DNA from: a virus
Strand: one strand, 5' to 3'
Length of the DNA stretch: 64,000 nt
IMG/VR virus record: IMGVR_UViG_3300022932_000002
Coordinates: 1 to 64,000 of that record
The notes beneath the pieces were generated by a model that had not been told where the DNA came from, searched no databases, and saw only the letters and a list, made by a program, of their open reading frames with translations. Positions 44,525 through 52,611 of the stretch are shown here, piece after piece (within the stretch, counting starts at the first letter, position 1; every line of letters starts with the position of its first letter). A program made the position numbers and the translations under genes.

Positions 44525-45931
44525 ATGAAAAAATTACTATTATTAATATTTATCTGTTCTTCCTTTTTTGCTAAATCACAAACAGCAAGTAACCTTTTAA
44601 GTGGACTAGCAATTGAAAGAGATACTTTTCCTCCTAATTATGTCTATGTAGATATATTACATGGTGTACCTATGAGGTTTTATTTAGCAACCTGGAATAA
44701 ACTTCGTCTGAATACTACTAACATTAGAAATTTTTCTGATTCTGTTAATTCTATGGCAATTGTACATGGATTTGTAAAAGCTCCAGTTATTACAACTATG
44801 TATGATAGTCTAAATGTAAGACAAAGAAAATTCACTGGGACTACATCTCAATGTGTTTTAGGAGACGGTAGTCTAGATACTAGAATTACTAACAATAATC
44901 AACTAATTAATGGAAATGGTTATATTAGTGGAATAACAACAGGTAATGTAATAGATGCTTTAGGATTTATTCCTTATAATAGTTCTAATCCATCTAATTA
45001 TATTGGAGCTGCTTCTACAGATGTTCTAACACATAAATCTGGTAATATTAGTATGTGGGCTAATGACGTAGGTTATCTTACAGCAATACCAGCACAATCA
45101 TTTAGTTCACTTACTGGGAGACCTACGACATTTACTGGTTATGGAATTACAGATGTTTATCCATTAACAGGAAATCCATCTAACTTTTTAACAGTAGAAT
45201 CTGATCCAAATGTACCTTCTTACTCAAAATCTTTAACAGGATTTAGTGTTATTAAAGCTGGTACAGATCCATTATATAGACCTATTACATATGTACCTTC
45301 TTCAGCTGAAATAGCAACTTCATTAGGTTATACAGCTATACCTAGTACTAGAACTTTTACTATTAATGGTATTACTCAAGATTTATCAGCTAATAGGACA
45401 TTTAATGTCGGAACTGTTACTAGTATAGGCATTACCTCTACAGATTTTACTATATCTAGTAGTCCTATTACAACTTCAGGTAGTATTGTAGCTAATTTAA
45501 ATACATCTGGTGTCACAGCTGGTACATATGAATTTATTACAGTTAATAATAAAGGTATTGTAACTGGAGGATATAATTCAGTCACTAATATTCTTTCAAC
45601 TAGAACTAGTGGTACGGCTTATCAAGCAACTAGTACTAGTAGAATTTATGATTTAGATTTTACAATAAGTATTTCTATTGGAGCAGGACTAATCTCTGCT
45701 AGTGATGGATCTGTAGTATTAGAAATTAGTCCTAATGGGTCAACTGGTTGGGTAGAATATACTAGATCTAGAAATGCTAACGGAGGTGTAGTAGCAGCTC
45801 AAAATAGTCAAGTAACTTATATAGAAGCTACAAATATCCCAGCAGGTTATTATTACAGACTTGTATTTACTCAAAATACTGGCACAGCAAGTTGGACTTA
45901 TATTAACGGACATGAAACTTTAAGAAGATAA
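44525..45931 (+). CDS. tail-fibre-like protein with N-terminal signal-peptide-like sequence
   Basis: MKKLLLLIFICSSFFAKSQT. Recurrent ALGFIPYN / GYGITDVYP / SLGYTAIP motifs; Ser/Thr/Gly/Asn-rich. Confidence 0.6.
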   Translation: MKKLLLLIFICSSFFAKSQTASNLLSGLAIERDTFPPNYVYVDILHGVPMRFYLATWNKLRLNTTNIRNFSDSVNSMAIVHGFVKAPVITTMYDSLNVRQRKFTGTTSQCVLGDGSLDTRITNNNQLINGNGYISGITTGNVIDALGFIPYNSSNPSNYIGAASTDVLTHKSGNISMWANDVGYLTAIPAQSFSSLTGRPTTFTGYGITDVYPLTGNPSNFLTVESDPNVPSYSKSLTGFSVIKAGTDPLYRPITYVPSSAEIATSLGYTAIPSTRTFTINGITQDLSANRTFNVGTVTSIGITSTDFTISSSPITTSGSIVANLNTSGVTAGTYEFITVNNKGIVTGGYNSVTNILSTRTSGTAYQATSTSRIYDLDFTISISIGAGLISASDGSVVLEISPNGSTGWVEYTRSRNANGGVVAAQNSQVTYIEATNIPAGYYYRLVFTQNTGTASWTYINGHETLRR

Positions 45932-45934
45932 AAT

Positions 45935-46114
45935 ATGAAAGTAGAAATTAAATATACAGATACAAACGGAGTTATACAAACAGTATATACAGATACAAGA
46001 AATATTATTGAGATTAATCAAGAAGATAATACTTCAGTAACTACTATAAAAGTATCAGCTCCTGTAGCTAGTACTACAACTCGTTGGATTGGCGGCAGAC
46101 CTGTAAGAAAATGA
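45935..46114 (+). CDS. hypothetical small protein (59 aa)
   Basis: Hand-found ORF MKVEIKYTDTNGVIQTVY...; ATGA overlap with the next start. Confidence 0.45.
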   Translation: MKVEIKYTDTNGVIQTVYTDTRNIIEINQEDNTSVTTIKVSAPVASTTTRWIGGRPVRK

Positions 46115-46494
46115 AAAAAGCCTTTAATATATTTTGGATAGGTTTGGTTGCAGGATTAGGTTTTCTATTATTGTGGAATCTTAATCATTGTTTTAACTGG
46201 GTTGAGAATGGAGATGTATTATATGGGTTAGGTACTGCTTTAACTTTATTATCTTGTAGTAGATATATAAACGTTACAACTAAAAGAGGTTGGAGAAAAA
46301 TAATAACAGAGGTTTTCTTTTATATTACACTGTCAAACTTTTTTGATGAAATCATTTTTGATCCTTATAAAGTTTGTATATGGGAATGGATTTCAGCTCT
46401 TCTAACCTGGATATTTATACACTTTTATCACAACTATTACAATGTGGACAACAATATTAATGGTAGCAATATCAGAGGCAATTACAGAAGCTAA
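46111..46494 (+). CDS. multi-pass membrane protein (lysis cassette; holin-like candidate)
   Basis: Trimmed to MKKAFNIFWIGLVAGLGFLLL; several hydrophobic helices. Confidence 0.55.
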   Translation: MKKAFNIFWIGLVAGLGFLLLWNLNHCFNWVENGDVLYGLGTALTLLSCSRYINVTTKRGWRKIITEVFFYITLSNFFDEIIFDPYKVCIWEWISALLTWIFIHFYHNYYNVDNNINGSNIRGNYRS

Positions 46495-46765
46495 AAAACT
46501 AGGCTTTGAAATCATATTTTTTATAGCAGGCGCAGCAGGAGCATTAGTATCAATGAGAAAACCTGGTAAAATTACTATTAAAGAGTGGGTTTTTAATATG
46601 ATTTCAGGAGGCTTAGTAGCAGTTTATTTAACCCCTGTAGTTAGTGCTGTAATTAGAATAAACAGTTCAGGTGTTCTCTTTATAGCCTTTGTCACAGGTT
46701 TTACAGGGTATAAATCAGCTGAATGGGCTGTAGAATATGTAAGAAATAAACTTAAAAAAAATTAA
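46442..46765 (+). CDS. membrane protein (holin-like candidate)
   Basis: Three hydrophobic segments. Overlaps the upstream gene by about 50 nt in another frame; start uncertain. Confidence 0.5.
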   Translation: MWTTILMVAISEAITEAKKLGFEIIFFIAGAAGALVSMRKPGKITIKEWVFNMISGGLVAVYLTPVVSAVIRINSSGVLFIAFVTGFTGYKSAEWAVEYVRNKLKKN

Positions 46766-46767
46766 TT

Positions 46768-47037
46768 ATGAACTTCCCTATAAAATTTTCATTTGGACAA
46801 TTAACTGCTAATAGCAATGGAAAAACAAGTGCTTCTGGTACAGCAGGTATTTTTATAGTTCTGATAGGAGGATTAGGTTTCCTATTAGGTTGTGCTGACA
46901 AAATATGGTTTAAAGGTGGATTGGATATTATTAATCAAGCTATTGTTTTTACTACATTGGGAGTAGCTTTACTTGGATATAAAAAATCTCAAGCAATTAA
47001 AACTGAAGAAAATGGAGAAGATAAAAATATGGTTTAG
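46768..47037 (+). CDS. two-TM membrane protein (holin-like candidate)
   Basis: GIFIVLIGGLGFLLGC and AIVFTTLGVALLGY helices with a charged C-terminus. Confidence 0.55.
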   Translation: MNFPIKFSFGQLTANSNGKTSASGTAGIFIVLIGGLGFLLGCADKIWFKGGLDIINQAIVFTTLGVALLGYKKSQAIKTEENGEDKNMV

Positions 47038-47542
47038 TAATATTAAATGGGCTAATATTATAACTACAGCAATTACATTTATGATTCTTATTTGTGTATT
47101 CTTTTTAGTTTTTAGGAAGAATACACAAACTACCTTAACAGTAAATAATCCTACTGAAAGGATAGAAACAAGAATTCAAGGTAAAGAAACTCAAATTGTT
47201 TTAAAAGAAACAAAAGTTACTTCTGACTTAGAAGCTATTGCTGAGATGTCAGATCAAATAGGATCACTGAGGTATCAGTTAGCAAATTTCAGACAACAAC
47301 GAGATACAGTTAAAATAATTCAGTATCAGGATACTTTGCTGTCTCAATATGTTATTAAAGATTTAATTAAGGATACTATTATTTCTTCTCAGAGAGATAT
47401 CATTACAGATCAGAGATATATTATCACATCTAAAGATACTACTATAACTATTCTTAAAGATGATAAGAAGAAATTAAAAAGGCAACGTAACATATCTTTA
47501 CTTGTAAATGGAGTATTAACAGGACTATTAATTATAAAATAA
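47012..47542 (+). CDS. N-terminally anchored coiled-coil protein (spanin-like or lysis accessory candidate)
   Basis: Start taken at MEKIKIW. TM segment ANIITTAITFMILICVFFLVF, then a helical region, and a second hydrophobic C-terminus LLVNGVLTGLLII. Confidence 0.45.
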   Translation: MEKIKIWFSNIKWANIITTAITFMILICVFFLVFRKNTQTTLTVNNPTERIETRIQGKETQIVLKETKVTSDLEAIAEMSDQIGSLRYQLANFRQQRDTVKIIQYQDTLLSQYVIKDLIKDTIISSQRDIITDQRYIITSKDTTITILKDDKKKLKRQRNISLLVNGVLTGLLIIK

Positions 47543-47543
47543 C

Positions 47544-48158
47544 ATGTGTTTAAAGAATTTTCAAGAAAAGATTGGAGCTAGCCCAGATGGCATATTTGGA
47601 AAAGAAACTTTAGAAAAAGCTATGAAATTTTATAGTTTATCTAAGGAACAAATTTCTCATTTCTTTGGACAAGTAGGACATGAAACAGGTGAATTTAAAT
47701 TATTTGAAGAAAACTTAAATTACTCTACTTCTGGATTACTGTCTACATTTAAAAAATATTTTCCTACTAAAGATGTTGCTAATCAATATGCCAGACAACC
47801 CCAGAAGATTGCTAATAAAGTATATGCAAGTAGAATGGGTAATGGTAATGAAAGTTCTGGCGATGGTTGGAAGTATAGAGGAAGAGGAGCTTTGCAATTA
47901 ACAGGAAAATCTAATTATTTGGCTTTCTCTATTTTTGTTAAAGATTCTAAAGTAGTTGAAGATCCAGAATTAGTTCTTTCTAAATATTGCTTTGAATCAG
48001 CAATATTCTATTTTACTAAGAATAATCTTTGGGATAAGTGCTTAACAGTTAATGATACAACCATATTCAACATTACCAAAAGAGTAAATGGAGGTACAAA
48101 TGGTCTTAGTCATAGAAATGAATTAACTAAAAAGTATTATAAATTACTTAATTCATAA
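47544..48158 (+). CDS. endolysin, glycoside hydrolase family 19 (chitinase-like lysozyme)
   Basis: GQVGHETGEF, FEENLNYS, YRGRGALQLTGKSNY match GH19 catalytic signatures. The short N-terminal IGASPDGIFGKETLEKAMKFY resembles a peptidoglycan-binding repeat. Confidence 0.85.
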   Translation: MCLKNFQEKIGASPDGIFGKETLEKAMKFYSLSKEQISHFFGQVGHETGEFKLFEENLNYSTSGLLSTFKKYFPTKDVANQYARQPQKIANKVYASRMGNGNESSGDGWKYRGRGALQLTGKSNYLAFSIFVKDSKVVEDPELVLSKYCFESAIFYFTKNNLWDKCLTVNDTTIFNITKRVNGGTNGLSHRNELTKKYYKLLNS

Positions 48159-48221
48159 TAAAATTTTATATTAATTAGAAAATATACATAAAATTAGGTA
48201 CTTTTGTATAAAACTAATTAT

Positions 48222-48638
48222 ATGTATACAAGAGAAGTAACATTACAAGAAGCACAACACTTTTATGAAGCAAGTGTTAAATGTTTACAGGAGGGAAGTC
48301 CTATTAAAACACCTATTGCAAAAACACTTACTAAACTAGAACCTGTACTAGGCGAAGCATCTAAAACTTTGAGAAAACAATTGGCTGAAGTAGTTGATAA
48401 ATACGATGAAGAAAAGAAAGAGCCTATCTACAAAGAAGGTAAAACTTTAGAAGATTACATGAAAGTTGTAGAAGAAAGTTCAAGTAATACTATTTCCATT
48501 GAGATTTATACTGTGAAACCTACTGAATCTCTTATTTTTCCTAACGGCACAAGAATGAGACTTATTGATTATCTTGAAAAAGGTGTTAATATTCCAGCAG
48601 GTACAGCTCTCTTTCTAATAGACAATTATATTAAATAA
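48222..48638 (+). CDS. hypothetical protein
   Basis: Trimmed to the first ATG (MYTREVTLQ); TACTTTTG box at 48199-48206 upstream. Confidence 0.55.
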   Translation: MYTREVTLQEAQHFYEASVKCLQEGSPIKTPIAKTLTKLEPVLGEASKTLRKQLAEVVDKYDEEKKEPIYKEGKTLEDYMKVVEESSSNTISIEIYTVKPTESLIFPNGTRMRLIDYLEKGVNIPAGTALFLIDNYIK

Positions 48639-48668
48639 TTGAATGAACTAATTTAACTTACTTTTTAT

Positions 48669-49919
48669 ATGAATAAATCAGATTTAAAGAAGGAGCTTTC
48701 AGCTAGACCTGGATACCTAAAGAAAAGTCCTAATTTTATTCAAAGGAGATTTAACGTTTCCTATGAACTTGCATTAGAAACACAAAAAGAAATTAAATCT
48801 GAACTAAGAAATAGCAGGGTAACTCCTGCTATTTTAGTGTCTGATAGTTCAGAACCTTTTAAATTAAATGCCTGGAATAAAGAGACAGGTAAAATGATGT
48901 CAATATCAGAGTATTGTACCTTTTATAATATACCACTAGATGATATTACTACTTATAATCTTATTACTCATACTGGTACTCCATACTACAATATCAGACT
49001 AAAGAGTAATATATTAAATGCTGATTATGAAGATTTAGAATCTAAATTTAATTCTTATCTAAGTAGATTACCACAAGTTAATAAAAAAGCTAAAGTATTA
49101 TCATCTGATACTATAGCGGATAGATTAATAATTACTGATATTCATATTGGTATGGAGCCTAATCAAGATAATACAAGTATCTTTAAATTCAAATGGAACA
49201 AAGAAGTTTTGATGAATACAGCAGATATTATTATTGAAGAACTACTGCAAAATCAAACTTCTACATTATTAATAATTGATGACTTGGGAGATTATCCTGA
49301 TGGTTTCCAAGGTAAAACTACTAGAGGAGGTCATTCACTTCCACAAAATATGTCAGATATTGATATATTTGGATTAGGTATTGAATTTAAATTATATCTT
49401 ATTGATAATCTCAGATTACATTATGACAACATCATTAATAATAATGTATGTGAAGATAACCACGGAGGTATATTTACTAAATTAATTAATGAGGCGTTTA
49501 AGAAGATTATAGATGTTAAATATGATGATGTTGAAGTAGTTAATCATTATGATTTCTTTAGTCATTACATCATTGGAAATCATGCTAAAATACTATGTCA
49601 TGGCAAAGATTCTAAAGATTTAAAGTTTGGTTTAGGTACAAAGTTAACTCCAGAGATAGCATCCAAGATAGATCAATATATTGACTTTAAAGGCATAAAA
49701 GGAGAAGCTAAGTATATAGAGTTTTCTAAAGGTGATTCGCATCAGTGTCTATTTGATATGGCATCTAGTGATAATTTTAACTATATGAATTATCCAGCAT
49801 TATCTCCTTCATCGCAATGGGTTCAGACTAATTTCAAAAAAGGCAGAAGAGGCTTTGTAATTGAAAATATTGATAACAACTCTAATTCTCCAAACTTCAA
49901 AATTAAATTTATAGACTAA
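48669..49919 (+). CDS. hypothetical protein with metallophosphatase-like motif series
   Basis: ITDIHIG, DDLGDYPDG, CEDNHGG, GNHAKILCHGKD appear in the order of calcineurin-like phosphoesterase motifs I-IV; degenerate, unverified. Confidence 0.6.
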   Translation: MNKSDLKKELSARPGYLKKSPNFIQRRFNVSYELALETQKEIKSELRNSRVTPAILVSDSSEPFKLNAWNKETGKMMSISEYCTFYNIPLDDITTYNLITHTGTPYYNIRLKSNILNADYEDLESKFNSYLSRLPQVNKKAKVLSSDTIADRLIITDIHIGMEPNQDNTSIFKFKWNKEVLMNTADIIIEELLQNQTSTLLIIDDLGDYPDGFQGKTTRGGHSLPQNMSDIDIFGLGIEFKLYLIDNLRLHYDNIINNNVCEDNHGGIFTKLINEAFKKIIDVKYDDVEVVNHYDFFSHYIIGNHAKILCHGKDSKDLKFGLGTKLTPEIASKIDQYIDFKGIKGEAKYIEFSKGDSHQCLFDMASSDNFNYMNYPALSPSSQWVQTNFKKGRRGFVIENIDNNSNSPNFKIKFID

Positions 49920-50605
49920 TGGCTACTTATAATGAAATAATCTTTGATACTTTAGAAACATTAAGAAATAACTATATTTCTGATGATACTCTAATATCAG
50001 AAAGCCAGATACTTTACCATTGGGATAACCAGAGAGCTTTGTGGCTTTATAATGAACTAGGTAAACCTGGTATACAAATAGATCCTTCTTTAGAACAAGA
50101 CCTAGGTTGTTTAGAATTAGAAGAAGTAGATGCTGCTTCTTGTTGTAATATTACTACTGAATGCACAGCATTAAGAACTAAATTAAAGCTGCCAAAGTTT
50201 ATTAATTTACAAACAGGTCCTGCTATAACAAGGGTAGGTCCTGTAAATAAGATAAAGATACCTTTCAATTTTACTAATTATAACAAAGCTATGTATATTA
50301 GTTTTGGTAAATATAGTAAAGGTCTCTATGGATTTCTTTTAAATGGTTATATTTATGTAATAAGTGAAACTAGTAATCTGCCGTTATTAACTAATATTAA
50401 TGTCAGAGGTATTTTAGAATCACCTTCCGATATAGAACAATTTAAATGTAATAGTGATCCTTGTTTTTCTTTAGATGAAGAGTACCCTTTGATTACAAGG
50501 TTAATTCCTTATATGAAAGAAGAAGTTATTAAGCAATTCTTAATCTCTATGAGGATACCAAAAGATAATAATAATAATGGTAAAGAGGATTTAACTGAGC
50601 AATAA
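49919..50605 (+). CDS. hypothetical virion-module protein
   Basis: ORF track; TAATG overlap upstream. Confidence 0.65.
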   Translation: MATYNEIIFDTLETLRNNYISDDTLISESQILYHWDNQRALWLYNELGKPGIQIDPSLEQDLGCLELEEVDAASCCNITTECTALRTKLKLPKFINLQTGPAITRVGPVNKIKIPFNFTNYNKAMYISFGKYSKGLYGFLLNGYIYVISETSNLPLLTNINVRGILESPSDIEQFKCNSDPCFSLDEEYPLITRLIPYMKEEVIKQFLISMRIPKDNNNNGKEDLTEQ

Positions 50606-51183
50606 TGGAATGGATTCAAAAGAAATTAGGGAAACAACAAGAAAATCATAAAGCTCATATAAAGTCTAAAGAGTTTTATGAATTCTATGCGCGTCTTTAT
50701 TTTAAAAGCTTTGCAAATTCAGATTCCAAAAGAGCTATAATAAATAAACAAAGTCCTTATAATATACCATATGATGTTTACTGTAAGATATTAAGTGATT
50801 TGAATTCAGGTATTGCAAAATTAATACTCACAAGGAACTTTGAATTTAATATGCCTTATAGATTAGGAACTCTATCAATTAAAAAGAAAAAACTAACTCC
50901 ATATATTGATAAGGAAGGCAATTTTGTAAATAATCTACCTGTTGATTGGAAAGAAACTTGGGCACTATGGAGAAGAGATAAGAATGCCTACGAGAATAAA
51001 AAGTTAGTCAGATTTACTAATGAGCATACTAAAGGTTACATAGGAAGGTGGTATTATTCAAAAAGAGTAGCAAACTATCCGAATAAAGGTTTGTATACAT
51101 TTATACCTTGTAGAACAAGTAAAACTGAATTAGGCAGCATCTTGAAGGATGAAAATAACAATATAGATTATTACGAATTATGA
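50605..51183 (+). CDS. hypothetical protein
   Basis: ORF track; TAATG overlap upstream. Confidence 0.65.
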   Translation: MEWIQKKLGKQQENHKAHIKSKEFYEFYARLYFKSFANSDSKRAIINKQSPYNIPYDVYCKILSDLNSGIAKLILTRNFEFNMPYRLGTLSIKKKKLTPYIDKEGNFVNNLPVDWKETWALWRRDKNAYENKKLVRFTNEHTKGYIGRWYYSKRVANYPNKGLYTFIPCRTSKTELGSILKDENNNIDYYEL

Positions 51184-51971
51184 TAACAGGATCTAAATAT
51201 ATCTCAGTATACGCTATAATCAATAAAGTATATAGAGACATGGGAATGTCTGATGCTATAAACTTAAATGATGCAATTGAATGGGCTGGCGAAGCTATGG
51301 AATTTATAGGAGCAGCCTTAAGTTATATTGATAAGACAAAAGAGATTGAAATAAAAGATTACAAGGGTACATTACCTTGTGGTTTACATTATATAGAAAC
51401 AGCTAGTGCTAGTGCATATAAACATGATGAAGTAGATGAAGACTGTGAATATAAACCTCATTATAGACAAATGAGATATTCTACAGATGCTTATCATCAT
51501 ACCTATTGTGCAAATAATAGAGATTGTAATTGTATCTCAGATTTAACTTATAAAGTTAATGATGATAGTCTTTACACTAATTTTGAAGAAGGATCTGTAC
51601 TTTTAGCATATAAGAGTATTCCTGTAGATGATGAAGGCTATCCTATGATTCCTGATGATGTTAAGTTTAAAAATGCAGTAGCATATCATATTATGTATAA
51701 ACTAGCATTTATTAAATTTATGGCAGGTAAAATCTCGCAGAGAGCTTACGATATTATAGACAGAGACAGAGATTTCTATATAGGAGCTGCCAATACAAGA
51801 GCTAATTTACCTTCTGTAGATATGGCTGAATCTATTAAAAACAATTGGATAAGATTAATTCCTAAAATTAATCAACATGCTGATGGATTTAAAAGTGCTG
51901 GTTCAGCTGAACAGAGAAACACACATAATTCGTACAATGGTAGCAGGAATATATACAATAACAAATATTAG
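51180..51971 (+). CDS. hypothetical virion-module protein
   Basis: ORF track; ATGA overlap upstream. Confidence 0.65.
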   Translation: MITGSKYISVYAIINKVYRDMGMSDAINLNDAIEWAGEAMEFIGAALSYIDKTKEIEIKDYKGTLPCGLHYIETASASAYKHDEVDEDCEYKPHYRQMRYSTDAYHHTYCANNRDCNCISDLTYKVNDDSLYTNFEEGSVLLAYKSIPVDDEGYPMIPDDVKFKNAVAYHIMYKLAFIKFMAGKISQRAYDIIDRDRDFYIGAANTRANLPSVDMAESIKNNWIRLIPKINQHADGFKSAGSAEQRNTHNSYNGSRNIYNNKY

Positions 51972-52611
51972 GAATAATAAAATTTATGTAGGTAGTAGTA
52001 ATGATATTTACTATCGAATGACAAAACATAAAGAAACTTTAAAAAGAAACAGACATTATAACTTATATTTACAATCTGCTTTTAATAAATATGGAGAAGA
52101 TAGTTTTAAGTTTGAAATATTAGAAGAAACTAGTTTAGAAAACAGATTATATATTGAATATTATTGGATTAATATACTGTATACTATGAATCCTAAATAT
52201 GGATATAATCTATTGCCACCAGATATAGGAGGTAATAGATTTACAAGTTTTAAAGAAGTAGATGAATATGATATAAATGGTATATTCATAAGAAAATGGA
52301 GTTCAATTAAATCAGCTGCTTCTTTTCATAATACAAGTATTTCTACTATAGTAAAGGTATGTAAAAGAAAAGTTAATTATACTTCTAATAGAATATTTAG
52401 ATATCATAAGGAAGAATTAGGAGATGTTTCAAATAATAAAAGAGGTGTTAAAATAATACAATATACTATGGACGATAAAATTATTAAAATATGGCCTTCA
52501 ATTATATCGGCTGGATTAGATTTAAATGTTGACTCATCTGCTATTAGTAGGGCTTGTAGAGGGTTATCAAAAACTAGTGTTGGATTTAAATGGCAATATT
52601 ATGGAAGCTAG
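51937..52611 (+). CDS. free-standing GIY-YIG homing endonuclease
   Basis: GIYTITNIRNNKIYVGSS, R...H, YN...FNKYGEDSFKFEILE (GIY-YIG catalytic domain). Two C-terminal NUMOD/IENR-like HTH repeats (SIKSAASFHNTSISTIVKVCKRK, SIISAGLDLNVDSSAISRACRG). Start taken at MVAGIY. Confidence 0.85.
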   Translation: MVAGIYTITNIRNNKIYVGSSNDIYYRMTKHKETLKRNRHYNLYLQSAFNKYGEDSFKFEILEETSLENRLYIEYYWINILYTMNPKYGYNLLPPDIGGNRFTSFKEVDEYDINGIFIRKWSSIKSAASFHNTSISTIVKVCKRKVNYTSNRIFRYHKEELGDVSNNKRGVKIIQYTMDDKIIKIWPSIISAGLDLNVDSSAISRACRGLSKTSVGFKWQYYGS

